From a virus, in IMG/VR virus record IMGVR_UViG_3300033150_001135, positions 28,146 through 92,145 of that record: a stretch of DNA of 64,000 bases. The stretch is one strand, 5' to 3'. The notes beneath the pieces were generated by a model, which was not told the origin of the DNA, searched no databases, and was given only the letters and a program-made list of their open reading frames with translations. The translations under genes and the position numbers were made by a program. Shown here piece by piece: positions 49,927 to 60,256 of this stretch (its first letter is position 1; each line of letters starts with the position of its first letter).

Positions 49927-51810
49927 ATGGTACTAAATGGTATTGAACTTAGTAACTTTCTGAGTTACCGTGAACTACAGTATACTTTTCCTTTGACTGG
50001 TCTTTACTTTATTGGAGGAGATAATGGAGCGGGGAAGTCAACTATTATCGAAGCTGTTAGTTGGGTGTTATTTGGAAGGACTGTTCGTAATCTTAGTGCT
50101 GACGAAGTGGTGAATTGGAAAGTGGGAAAGGATTGTTATGTGTCTTTACAGTTTTTGGGGACCGATGGGCAGAAGTATTTGGTTTCGAGGTTTAGGAAGG
50201 ATTCAAGTAATGGTAATGCATTGTTTCTATTTCGGGGTGACAAGGATATAACTGACTCTTCTTCTAAGAAAACTCAGGAGTTACTAGACAGTGTTGTAGG
50301 AATGAATTGGCAAGTGTTTTCTACTGCAGTGGTGTTTGGAGAGAAGGCAGTGAGATTCGCGGAAGCACGGGATTCGGAAAAGAAAGAAATATTTGATGAG
50401 TTGTTGCTGTTGCATCGTTTTAAAGAGGCACAGAGAGAGGTAAAGAATGACTTGAAGAAAAAGGAAGAAGAGAAAGCCGCTTACGAAGCTGATAAGTCTA
50501 CTGGTGAGGCATTACTGTTAAACTTTGAATCTGATAGGAAGCGGTTAGAAGAGGAACAAACTGAACTTAGTAGAAGAAAGAAAAAGATTTCGGATCGTGT
50601 AGTGGAGTTGGAAAGTGAAATTAAGTCTGTGAATGAAGAAAAGAAGAAATATAGTGTGAAGTTGGAAGAAGCTAGAAAAGGTTGTGAAGAGATTGAGGAA
50701 GATAGGAAGAAAGTGCGAGCACAGTTGAATGAATATAAGGAGGCTAGAGATAGAGAAGTAGAATTATATAATAGTGAGGTTTCTAAAAGAAATGCAGAAG
50801 TATTAGCCTTACAAAGAGAGTTGGAAAAGGTACGTAGAATTTTGAATTCTGGTTTAAAGGAGGGGGATTGTTGTCCTACTTGTGGGCAGGAAGTGAAAGA
50901 CCTTAGTACTATTCAAGATTATTACGAGAAAGTACAAACTGGGTTAGAAGGCGATTTAGAGGGGTTGAATCACAAACTAAAAGAGGCAAGGGAAACTTTA
51001 GATGGAGTACAGGATAAATGGAATAAGACTATAGACGATCTTAACCAAGTTTTGTTGGAGGTAGATTCTACAGTAGAAGAGGTACGAGATCGTGGAAGAG
51101 AATACGAATATTCTATTAAAAATTGTGAGCATCGTATTGAGAAGGCTGAGTATGAAAAAAATAGTATAGAAGGGGATATAAAGAAAGAAGAAAATCGTCT
51201 TGGTAGTGAAATTAAAAAGAAAGAGGAACAGATAGGAACTATAAAGAAGAAACTAGTTGATCTGGATGGTAAGATAAGTCAGATTAACGAAGATACAAGG
51301 TATCTTAAATTCTGGGAGACAGGGTTTGGAAACCAGGGAGTTAAAAGTTTTCTTATTGACGAAGTAGTTCCTGTATTGAATAACAAAGCAAGTTACTATA
51401 TGGCTGCTCTTATGGATGAGGAACGTACTTTAGAATTTGATACAGAAACGAGATTAAAAAGTGGGGAAACTAGAGAAAAGTTTGATATTAGGTTACGTAA
51501 TGAAGAAGGGCAGGAGGTAACTTATGAAAGTTGTTCTGCTGGGGAGAAAAGAAGAATAGATACGGCTACTTTACTAGCGCTTCAGGATTTAGTGTTTCAT
51601 CGTACTGTTGGGGGAAGTAATATTGTATTTTTTGACGAATTGTTTGATTCCCTTGATCGGACAGGTATTGAACGTGTAGTAGGTATTTTGGAGGAAGAAG
51701 CGAAGGAGAAAGCTATTTTTGTTATTTCACATTTCTCTGAATTTGCCGACTACTTCGTTAATACAATTACAATTAAGAATGAGAATGGGGAATCGAAGAT
51801 GGAGGTTTGA
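49927..51810 (+). CDS. sbcC: SbcC/Rad50 ATPase
   Basis: NFLSY, GDNGAGKST, CPTCGQ hook, SAGE signature, FFDE, ISH. Confidence 0.93.
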   Translation: MVLNGIELSNFLSYRELQYTFPLTGLYFIGGDNGAGKSTIIEAVSWVLFGRTVRNLSADEVVNWKVGKDCYVSLQFLGTDGQKYLVSRFRKDSSNGNALFLFRGDKDITDSSSKKTQELLDSVVGMNWQVFSTAVVFGEKAVRFAEARDSEKKEIFDELLLLHRFKEAQREVKNDLKKKEEEKAAYEADKSTGEALLLNFESDRKRLEEEQTELSRRKKKISDRVVELESEIKSVNEEKKKYSVKLEEARKGCEEIEEDRKKVRAQLNEYKEARDREVELYNSEVSKRNAEVLALQRELEKVRRILNSGLKEGDCCPTCGQEVKDLSTIQDYYEKVQTGLEGDLEGLNHKLKEARETLDGVQDKWNKTIDDLNQVLLEVDSTVEEVRDRGREYEYSIKNCEHRIEKAEYEKNSIEGDIKKEENRLGSEIKKKEEQIGTIKKKLVDLDGKISQINEDTRYLKFWETGFGNQGVKSFLIDEVVPVLNNKASYYMAALMDEERTLEFDTETRLKSGETREKFDIRLRNEEGQEVTYESCSAGEKRRIDTATLLALQDLVFHRTVGGSNIVFFDELFDSLDRTGIERVVGILEEEAKEKAIFVISHFSEFADYFVNTITIKNENGESKMEV

Positions 51811-52401
51811 ATGAAACAAGGGCAACAAAAAGCTAAGGGACATGCATATGAAAGAAGGGTAGCGAAGATACTCACTGATGTTTACTACCCAGACGGTAGT
51901 GGGGTAATGAAGAAGACCCCTCTTTCTGGTGGTTGGAGGTTTCCCGGTGATATTATTCCCTTGAAATTTACAGGGAAAGGGGAAGAGGTGAAGATTGATC
52001 AAAGTTGGCCATTTATGGAGGAGTGTAAAGACTATAAAGATGTTAAGCATTTCTTTTCTGGACTTTACTCAAAGGATAGTCAGGTATTTGAATGGATGGA
52101 TACGGCGGAAAGGGACTCTGTATTGAAAGGAGGTAACAAGATACCTTTAGTAATATTCAAACTATATAGGCAGAAGGACGTTGTGATTCTTGACGGGTAT
52201 TCATTTCATAGATTAGAGGATATGTTCGGTGTTCCAAATTGTTGCTTCTTCTTTCTACGAAAAATTAAGCAGGGTCTTCTAGTAAGAAAGTTGGTATTTT
52301 TACTTCTTACAGACTTTATTGATTGGATAGATTTTGAGGTGTTTAAAGCTTCAGGTAATGTGAACTATATAAAAAGTTTAATAAAGAGGTCGGGAGACTA
52401 G
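51811..52401 (+). CDS. Holliday junction resolvase-like PD-(D/E)XK nuclease
   Basis: KAKGHAYERRVA, PLSGG, GDI, ECK. Confidence 0.75.
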   Translation: MKQGQQKAKGHAYERRVAKILTDVYYPDGSGVMKKTPLSGGWRFPGDIIPLKFTGKGEEVKIDQSWPFMEECKDYKDVKHFFSGLYSKDSQVFEWMDTAERDSVLKGGNKIPLVIFKLYRQKDVVILDGYSFHRLEDMFGVPNCCFFFLRKIKQGLLVRKLVFLLLTDFIDWIDFEVFKASGNVNYIKSLIKRSGD

Positions 52402-53348
52402 GAAATGTCTGAAGAAATACTTGATACTTTGAAAGATGCAATAAGTAAGTTTAGAACAGCTTCTTTTTTTGAGGAACCATACTGTATTGTTTGCAATAGA
52501 ATTACTTTTAATGCTATAAAAAAAGCATTACTAGCATTACCCGTTGAGAAGTTAGGGTGTAAGGAGGATGACTTTAAGTTAGTTAGTTTCGAAGGATTAA
52601 AGTTTAGAATATGGAATCTTGTTGCAAAGGATAAAGTTTACATTTTTTCTAAGGAAGCTGTAGATTGGTTGGATAGAGCTCCGGGGATAGTATTATGAGT
52701 AGATTATCTAGTAATTTGTTAGAGAAGGCAGAGCAAGTTTTTAGTTCTAAGGAAAGTATAGATACGAATGAAGGGCTTAGTCGTGGAGAGTTAAGAATCT
52801 TAGAACGTAGAAACATTGTAGAAAAGTTTCCATACTACGATGTGAGAAAGAAAAAGTTAGTGGGATGGAAACCTCCAATGCGTTACAAGTGGCGAGTAAA
52901 CAGACAACAGCTATCTTTGTTACTAGAAGTAAGGAGGAGTAATGAAAAGAAAAAATTTTAGAGTACCTAGAACTACCGTAAAGATGAAAAATGATCAGTT
53001 TTTTGCCGCAGTGGATAGAATAATTTTTCGGTTACAAGTAGTTAAAGGAGCTAGAGAAGTATTACAAAAGAATAGAAGTTTGTCACCACAAGCCAACTTT
53101 GGTATTAGAACAGAGATAAATACTTTAGTTAATGTTCTTGCAGAAGACATGGGTATTTCTCGTTCCTACTTTATGAATAAGTCACGAGAATTTTTGGATA
53201 GTGAGGAGTTAAAAGAAGCTATTCATCAAGTAGTTGAGAGAATTACTCCAGGAGGAACAAAGTTGGTAAAACTATATGGGGAAGTAGATTACAAAGCGGT
53301 GACTAGCAATAAGGAAGTGAAGAATATATTTAAAGGAGGTTATAAGAA

Positions 53349-53789
53349 ATGACCCAACTAATATGTAAGTTTAAGTTCGATGCAGCACATCGTCTTAAGG
53401 ATTACAAAGGAAAATGTAACAACATTCACGGGCATACTTGGAAAGTGGCTATATGCGTATCTGGTAAGGTAGATGAGAATAGTGGAATGGTTATGGATTT
53501 TGCTGACATTAAAAGTACAATAGGAAAATGGATAGAGACTCACTTAGACCACTCGTTGATCTACAATGTGATTGATGAAAAAGTAAGTAAATGGGTGAGT
53601 AAGCTTAACTATAAGAGTTGTGGTATACTAGGGGAACCAACATGTGAAAACATAGCTAATATTATCTATAAGAAAGCTCTTGATCTTCTTAAGTCAGTTA
53701 ATCCTTCAGTATTTGTCCAGTACGTAAGGGTTTGGGAGTCCGAAACAACCTCAGTAGTATATGGAAAGTTGAAGGAGACAAAAAAATGA
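53349..53789 (+). CDS. queD: 6-carboxytetrahydropterin synthase
   Basis: FDAAH.L, C..IHGHTW, GMVMDF, LDH, PTCEN, VWE. Confidence 0.93.
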   Translation: MTQLICKFKFDAAHRLKDYKGKCNNIHGHTWKVAICVSGKVDENSGMVMDFADIKSTIGKWIETHLDHSLIYNVIDEKVSKWVSKLNYKSCGILGEPTCENIANIIYKKALDLLKSVNPSVFVQYVRVWESETTSVVYGKLKETKK

Positions 53790-54415
53790 AAGTAATAGAA
53801 ATTTTTAGAAGCATTCAAGGGGAGGGATACCATACGGGTACTGCGGCAGTATTTGTTCGTTTTGCAGGCTGTAATTTGAGGTGCCCGTTTTGTGACTCGA
53901 AGTATACTTGGAAAGAAAATGTTGGATTTGGTGAGGTAAGTCCTGAAAAACTTGTAAATATAGTTAAGGATGTATCTGGTGAGGTTCGTTTTGTCGTTCT
54001 AACTGGGGGGGAACCAACAATTCAAAGTACTAGTGCTTTGTCGGATCTAGTATTTCGGCTAAAAGCCGAATCTTACTATGTGGCAATGGAAACTAATGGA
54101 ACTAAACTTATTGATCGTAGTTTAATTCCAGTGGACTGGCTTACAGTATCTCCTCATACAGCTATTTTTCACACACAAGGGGATGAATTAAAGTTGGTAT
54201 ATGAACCAGGGATTGATCTTAAGTTTTATGAACAGTTTGACTTTAAGTATTTCTACTTACAACCTATGGCTAAACCATCTAGTTTAGAGTGGAAAAAGAA
54301 TGTACTAGATAGAGGAATTATACAAGAAAACGTAGAGGAAGTTGCTAAGATAGTAAGTCGAGACCCTGTTTGGAAACTAAGTTTACAAACTCAAAAGTAT
54401 GTTGGTATATTGTAA
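53786..54415 (+). CDS. queE: 7-carboxy-7-deazaguanine synthase (radical SAM)
   Basis: EIFRSIQGEG..G..AVFVRFAGCNLRCPFCD, TGGEP, ETNG, LSLQTQK. Confidence 0.95.
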   Translation: MKVIEIFRSIQGEGYHTGTAAVFVRFAGCNLRCPFCDSKYTWKENVGFGEVSPEKLVNIVKDVSGEVRFVVLTGGEPTIQSTSALSDLVFRLKAESYYVAMETNGTKLIDRSLIPVDWLTVSPHTAIFHTQGDELKLVYEPGIDLKFYEQFDFKYFYLQPMAKPSSLEWKKNVLDRGIIQENVEEVAKIVSRDPVWKLSLQTQKYVGIL

Positions 54416-54433
54416 GGGAGTGGGTGAGTTAAG

Positions 54434-54685
54434 ATGCCGTATGTCGTGCAAGAAGTAAGACCAGAGTTAGATAAAATAGTTAGACTAATGCAGGAAAAAG
54501 GAGTACAAGCAGATGGTGACTTGAATTATATTTTGTTTGCTTTTTGTAAAAGAATTATAGAACCTAGTTACAATAATTATAAGAACTATTGTGGGGAATT
54601 AAGGCAATGTGCTACAGAGATTGAACGTAGGATTCTAGCACCCTACGAAGACGAAAAGATAAAGGAGAATGGTGATGTCGATTAA
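54434..54685 (+). CDS. Conserved small phage protein
   Basis: MPY..R..GDLNY..Y..E..RR..PYED.KI.ENGD pattern. Confidence 0.6.
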   Translation: MPYVVQEVRPELDKIVRLMQEKGVQADGDLNYILFAFCKRIIEPSYNNYKNYCGELRQCATEIERRILAPYEDEKIKENGDVD

Positions 54686-55088
54686 ACGAGTTTACGTTGC
54701 AGGATTACTGACCCCAAGAAATGTCTGGTCTCGTAACTCAGCAATTGACTATATTTTTAATCTTAAAATAATGATACGAACGGGAGTAGAAGTATTTTTA
54801 GCTGGTTTTGTACCTTTTATTCCAGCACTTGATTTTCTTATATTCTTGTTACTACGAGATGAGGAACGTATAACAGAACCAATGATCAAACGTTATAGTA
54901 AAGATTGGTTAGAGGTTTGTGATGCGGTGCTACTATGTAAGGGGTGGAGAAAGTCAGTAGGTACTAAGAAGGAGATAGAATTAGCAGAGAAGTTAGGTAT
55001 CCCTGTGTTTGAAAGTATTGGTAGGTTAGTGGAAGCTAGTAATACTGAGGAGAGTATAATGTGGAAGAATGATTATAGTAAGGAGTAG
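54675..55088 (+). CDS. Nucleoside deoxyribosyltransferase-like protein (DUF4406/DUF1937-like)
   Basis: VYVAG, CDAV..GW..S.G...E...A..LGIPV. Confidence 0.7.
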   Translation: MSIKRVYVAGLLTPRNVWSRNSAIDYIFNLKIMIRTGVEVFLAGFVPFIPALDFLIFLLLRDEERITEPMIKRYSKDWLEVCDAVLLCKGWRKSVGTKKEIELAEKLGIPVFESIGRLVEASNTEESIMWKNDYSKE

Positions 55089-55090
55089 AA

Positions 55091-55465
55091 ATGAAAGAGT
55101 TGGAAAGAACAGTTGCGGTTGACCTAGATGGGACTATTCTTGAATTCGACTGGACAAAGTTTCGAGAAAGTGGATACCATGATTTTGGAAAACCGAGACC
55201 TGGGGTAGTGAAAGCATTACAGAAACTACGTAAGTTAGGGTATAAAATAGTAATACATTCTTGTCGTTTTACCCCAGGTATTTACGAAGGCTCAAGTGAT
55301 ACAGTTGAAGAGGTTGTTGGTAGTACAAAGAAGTTTCTTAAGGAGTATGGAATTATTTATGACGAGTTTTGGACTGAGAAAGGAAAACCGGTAGCAGACT
55401 TCTACATAGATGACCATGCTATTAGGTTTACTACTTGGGACGAAGTAATGTTATACTTTGAATAA
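55091..55465 (+). CDS. HAD-superfamily phosphatase
   Basis: VDLDGTI, HSCR, KPVADFYIDD. Confidence 0.85.
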   Translation: MKELERTVAVDLDGTILEFDWTKFRESGYHDFGKPRPGVVKALQKLRKLGYKIVIHSCRFTPGIYEGSSDTVEEVVGSTKKFLKEYGIIYDEFWTEKGKPVADFYIDDHAIRFTTWDEVMLYFE

Positions 55466-55481
55466 GAGGAAGTAAAGAATA

Positions 55482-55832
55482 ATGAATACATCAGTTAGAC
55501 AGAAGAAAGCGTATTGGTTACGGTTTGTACAAAGCTGTGAGTTTCAGTGGAAGGAGGGGGGTAAACGATATGCTTTATCGGGAGATAAAGAGTTTACTGA
55601 TCTGATTACTGAGGCACTAGATGGTGGGACAAGTCACGATAAGGCAAATTGGATTATGGGAAACATAATAAAGTATGTAGGTGAAATAGTAAATGCTAAA
55701 AGAATGGGAGGGGTACCTCAGGAAGTTAATTATTTTAAGATAGCTGTTTATAGTTTTATCGCTTGGCTGAAGCAAATGGATGCGGGATTTCTGAGGCAGG
55801 ATCCGGGGGAAAAAGTTAGTATAGAAGACTAG
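55482..55832 (+). CDS. All-alpha nucleotide-modification-associated/MazG-like protein
   Basis: GGKRY, GNIIKY and KIAVY helical pattern; nucleotide-metabolism context. Confidence 0.4.
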   Translation: MNTSVRQKKAYWLRFVQSCEFQWKEGGKRYALSGDKEFTDLITEALDGGTSHDKANWIMGNIIKYVGEIVNAKRMGGVPQEVNYFKIAVYSFIAWLKQMDAGFLRQDPGEKVSIED

Positions 55833-55848
55833 AAAGGAGGATGTAGTT

Positions 55849-56085
55849 ATGACAAGTAATAGTAATGTAACAACAAACGGTAACGAAAGAAAAAGATGGG
55901 GCAGACGTCTTGGTGTAACTATTGCTTGGGGTATTTTGTTGGTTACTACTTACTATATTGTATTGTTTACAGGGAATGATCTTGTTTGGTTTACCGAGTT
56001 TGCGAAATTTATGACTCTTGGTCACGGATTTTTAGTTGGAGGATTAACTGTTACGGATGTTGCTTTAAAAGGGGTGAAACGATGA
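55849..56085 (+). CDS. Two-TM small protein, holin candidate
   Basis: Two hydrophobic helices with basic ends. Confidence 0.45.
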   Translation: MTSNSNVTTNGNERKRWGRRLGVTIAWGILLVTTYYIVLFTGNDLVWFTEFAKFMTLGHGFLVGGLTVTDVALKGVKR

Positions 56086-56801
56086 CAAAACTTAAAAATT
56101 TCCTTATTAGTTTTCTGTTGCTAATATTTATAGTTACAGCGGTATTCTATTGTTTAGAAAGTGCGAGAAGTAAGAGGATTGATGCGCTCTATGAAAAATT
56201 GGAGAATGATTACTCAGAATTGAAGGAAGATTACAAGTTGTTTAAAACGTTGTCTAAGAGAGAATTGAACCAGATCAAGGATAGTTACGAGAAGGAAAGA
56301 GAGAAGTATAAGAAAGAAATAGCTGATTTGGAGGAGGAGAATAGGAATATAACAAAACAATTAGAAGAAGAGAAGAAGAAAATTCGTGAAGCTGAACCTA
56401 ACTATATTGTAGTAGAAATAGGAAAACGTATCGGGGAAGAAGAGGTAGCATTTCATTTAGATGGATTCTTTTCTCTTACTAGACGTGGGGCAAATAGTAC
56501 TCTTTTTAAGTTTGTTGAGGGGGAAGCTTACGAAAAGAAATACCAGAATCAGTTGAAGCTTACGAGTAGTAAGGAGAAACAGATCGAATCTTTTGGGAAA
56601 GAAATTAGGAAGTACCAAAATGTTATAGTTAACAAAGATGCTAAGATAAGAAAGGCAGACGAGGTTATTGCTAAATGTGAGGAGACTAAAGTAGCTTTGA
56701 AACGTAAACTTAAGATGGAGGTATGGAAGCGTTGGGGTGAAGGAGCGGTAGGAGGTGGCTTGTTTACTTTGGTTGTTTTGAAGTTGTTAGGTTTTATATA
56801 A
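56082..56801 (+). CDS. Membrane-anchored coiled-coil protein (spanin-like candidate)
   Basis: N-terminal TM, long coiled coil, C-terminal TM. Confidence 0.4.
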   Translation: MTKLKNFLISFLLLIFIVTAVFYCLESARSKRIDALYEKLENDYSELKEDYKLFKTLSKRELNQIKDSYEKEREKYKKEIADLEEENRNITKQLEEEKKKIREAEPNYIVVEIGKRIGEEEVAFHLDGFFSLTRRGANSTLFKFVEGEAYEKKYQNQLKLTSSKEKQIESFGKEIRKYQNVIVNKDAKIRKADEVIAKCEETKVALKRKLKMEVWKRWGEGAVGGGLFTLVVLKLLGFI

Positions 56802-57716
56802 GAAAGAAATTTTTAAGGAGGTAGAGTGTTATGGGAAACACGTATGACATGACAAAGATATTTGTTTTAGCTGTGGTATTGCTGATGTTTTCGGGGCTGA
56901 TTGGATACCTGACCTGGAATTTTGTTGGTGTGATATTGTTTTTTGGTGGAGTAGGTTATGGTATTTATGGAATGATTAGGAAAGGATGGTTTAGGAAATA
57001 AGATAGGTGATAGTACCGTTACGGAAGACGGGAAAACGACCCTATCTTAGAAACCGTCAAGTTGGCAAGCTGGAAGGTGACTTGCTTATAAGAAGGTGTT
57101 CCGTGGCAAGACACCTTCTGGTAACACTTAAAGAAAGAGGATGAAAGGAGAGTAAGGAGTAAGCACTTCGATGGATAAGAAATGTAGAATAAAGAAATTA
57201 GAAAAAACTTGTGAGGCATGTCCAGCACAGTGGGAAGGAACGTTAGAGGATGGTCGAACAATTTACATAAGATACCGTTGGAGCACCCTTGAAGTACGGG
57301 TAAGTAAAACTAAAACTAACGATATAATGGAAGCAGTTAGAGGAGTTACTATATTTAGCGAACATATTGGTGGTGAAGAAGCTTTAGATGGCTCTTTAGA
57401 ACTAAAACAATTAAAGCAGATTACTAGGAAAGTAATTGATTGGAAGAAAAGTGTGGGATAAGAAGCAGGAATAGTATTATGTTATACTTAAAATTTGTTG
57501 TAGAAGAGGCTAGTAGTAAAGAACAGAGTGGACGTATAGATGTTTGGGGGTTACATAAGTATCATCCTGTGGACTATATTTATTTTCATACAACTAAGAT
57601 AAGAGAATTTTCTGAGTTACGACAAGTATGGGATTATAGTTACGTAACAGAGAAAAAGTTGAGAAAGCTTAAGAAGATCATAGAAAAGAAATATCGGAAA
57701 GAGGGAGAATGTTATA

Positions 57717-59369
57717 ATGGAAAGTCGTGAAGAAGTTGCTAGAAGGAGGTATTATGAAAATCCATCTAGTAGTTGGAAAAAGTTATCTAACCGGGTAGCA
57801 AAAGGGATAGCAGTTAGTGAGAATAGTAAGCAGGAAGAATGGAGGATGTGGTTTTATGATATAATTAGTACGTATAAATTTGTTCCTGGAGGTAGAATAC
57901 TGCGCAATGCTGGGGTGGGAACTAGTAGAAACTTACTTAACTGTTTTGTATTACCCATCGATGATAACATTGAGTCAATAGGGCAGTGTATGAAGGACGC
58001 TCTCATAACTTGGAGTGGGGGAGGTGGGGTAGGTATTAATTTTTCTAATCTTCGTCCCAAAGGTTCCGTGATAAAAGGGAAGGGAGGGGAATCATCAGGA
58101 CTTGTATCATTTATGACGGCTTTAAATTCTGTTGCTAATACTATAAGAGTGGGTGGACAAAGAAGAGCTGCTACCATAGCTATCGTAGATGTTAGTCACC
58201 CAGAAATTGAAGAGTTTATTGATGCTAAATTGAAACATGGTAGGTTGAATTGTTTTAATATTTCGGTTGGTATCAGTAATGAGTTTCTAGAGGCGGTAGA
58301 AAGGGATGCAGACTGGGACTTGATTTTTAGAAAGAAAACTTACAAAACTGTCAAGGCGAGAAAGTTATGGAATAGGATACTTAGTAATATGGTACAGTGT
58401 GCGGAACCTGGTCTTGTAAATATGAGTAAACTAACTAAAACAAATAGTTTTTACTTTGCTCCAGTTTTAGGAACCAATCCTTGCGGGGAACTTCCATTGA
58501 GTGCTTATGGTTCATGTTGTTTAGGTTCTCTCGTTTTGCCGAAGTTTGTGCAAGGTCAACAGACTCAGTGGAAAGAACTGGAAAGAGTTATAAGTATAGC
58601 TGTTAGATTCTTAGATAACGTAATAGATGTTACCACTTTTCCTACAAGTAGTATGAAAACAGTAGCAGAGGATGGGAGAAGAATAGGTCTTGGGGTTATG
58701 GGACTGGCTGACTATTTATTTAAGAAAGAGATTAGATACGGTTCTGAGGAATGCTTACTTGAGTTGGAACGGTTGTTTAAGTTTATCCGAAATACCGCAT
58801 ACCGTTCTAGTGTTGAAATTGCTAAGGAAAAAGGTCCTTTCCCAAAGTTTAGTGTGGTTGACTATGGAAAAGCAAGTTTTGTGAGAAAGTTACCAGCACA
58901 GTTAAGAAGGGAGATTAAGAAGTATGGTATAAGGAACGTAGCTCTTATGACGTGTGCTCCCACGGGTACTACTAGTTTAGTAGCGGGGGTATCTAGTGGT
59001 ATAGAACCCTTATTTTCTAAAGCATACAGGAGAAGAGACCAAATAAGTGATAGAATTTATATACATCCTCTTTACGAAGAGATTCTTAGTAGTGGAAGTA
59101 AGGTGCCGGATTGGTTTGTAGACTCGTATGATTTGAAGCCAGAAGAACATTTCGAGGTTCAAGCGGTAATACAAAGTTACGTTGATGGGGCTATTTCGAA
59201 GACTATAAATTGTCCTAAAGGAACTACTGCTAAGAAGCTATCGGAGTGGTTGTTGGAGTATGCTTACGAGTTAAAAGGTATAACAGTTTACGTTGATCAA
59301 AGTCGTAAGGAACAAGTTCTATACCCGATGACAAGGAAAGAAGCTGAGGAGGTATTTAGAAAGAAATGA
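57717..59369 (+). CDS. nrdJ: Class II (adenosylcobalamin-dependent) ribonucleotide reductase
   Basis: PGGRIL, NCFV, TNPCGE, GLGVMG, APTGT, ISKT; no beta subunit in window. Confidence 0.85.
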   Translation: MESREEVARRRYYENPSSSWKKLSNRVAKGIAVSENSKQEEWRMWFYDIISTYKFVPGGRILRNAGVGTSRNLLNCFVLPIDDNIESIGQCMKDALITWSGGGGVGINFSNLRPKGSVIKGKGGESSGLVSFMTALNSVANTIRVGGQRRAATIAIVDVSHPEIEEFIDAKLKHGRLNCFNISVGISNEFLEAVERDADWDLIFRKKTYKTVKARKLWNRILSNMVQCAEPGLVNMSKLTKTNSFYFAPVLGTNPCGELPLSAYGSCCLGSLVLPKFVQGQQTQWKELERVISIAVRFLDNVIDVTTFPTSSMKTVAEDGRRIGLGVMGLADYLFKKEIRYGSEECLLELERLFKFIRNTAYRSSVEIAKEKGPFPKFSVVDYGKASFVRKLPAQLRREIKKYGIRNVALMTCAPTGTTSLVAGVSSGIEPLFSKAYRRRDQISDRIYIHPLYEEILSSGSKVPDWFVDSYDLKPEEHFEVQAVIQSYVDGAISKTINCPKGTTAKKLSEWLLEYAYELKGITVYVDQSRKEQVLYPMTRKEAEEVFRKK

Positions 59370-60256
59370 TCGGGTTAGTTGATGTAGATTCTAAAATACC
59401 TAATTTAGCATTAATGAAACTGTCTGCATATTTTAAGAATTTAAAGTATAAAGTGAAATTAGTAGGACCAGTATTTGCTGACCAGTGTGACGAAGTATTT
59501 GCTTCTAAGGTATTTGATTATACGGAACTTCCTGCTTTACCTGAAAATACAGTTGTGGGAGGTCCTGGCTACTCTTTAGATACTAGGTTGGATGATAGTA
59601 TTGAAATGATGTATCCGGATTATTTTTTGTATGGTTGCAATTATGCAATAGGGTATACGTCAAGAGGATGTAATAGAAACTGTCCTTTTTGTGTAGTACC
59701 AAGAAAGGAAGGAAAGTTTCATCCTGTTTGTGACATATATCAGTTTTGGAATGGTCAAGATCGAATTAGGCTTCTTGATAACTCACTTAATACAGACGAG
59801 GAACATTTTGAGAGGATTCTAAACCAGTTAATTGAGCATAGAATTCGAGTAGATTTTACCCAAGGATTAGATGTTAGATATTTGACAGATAAGCAGGCTT
59901 TCTTGTTAAGCCGAGTTAAGTTATGGAAGAGAATTCATTTTGCGTGGGACTTAATGCCTACTGAAAAAGCAGTACGGAAGGGGGTTGAAATATTGGGGAA
60001 ATACCATTTGAAAAGTAAATCTACATTCTATGTTTTGGTAGGGTTTAATACGACGCAAGAGGAGGATTTATATCGAGTAGAAACTTTGAAAAATTTAGGG
60101 GTTGACCCTTTCGTAATGCCGTATAACAAGTTTGACCAGTATCAAAAAGATTTTGCAAGGTGGTGTAATAGGAAGAACCTTCTCTATAGTGTTAAGTGGG
60201 AAGAATATACAAAAGGATATAAGAAAGTTAAATATAAGAGAGGAATATTTTTTTGA
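59366..60256 (+). CDS. Radical SAM protein
   Basis: PNLALMKLS N-terminus, TSRGCNRNCPFC, QGLD.R, FAWD. Confidence 0.85.
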   Translation: MIGLVDVDSKIPNLALMKLSAYFKNLKYKVKLVGPVFADQCDEVFASKVFDYTELPALPENTVVGGPGYSLDTRLDDSIEMMYPDYFLYGCNYAIGYTSRGCNRNCPFCVVPRKEGKFHPVCDIYQFWNGQDRIRLLDNSLNTDEEHFERILNQLIEHRIRVDFTQGLDVRYLTDKQAFLLSRVKLWKRIHFAWDLMPTEKAVRKGVEILGKYHLKSKSTFYVLVGFNTTQEEDLYRVETLKNLGVDPFVMPYNKFDQYQKDFARWCNRKNLLYSVKWEEYTKGYKKVKYKRGIFF

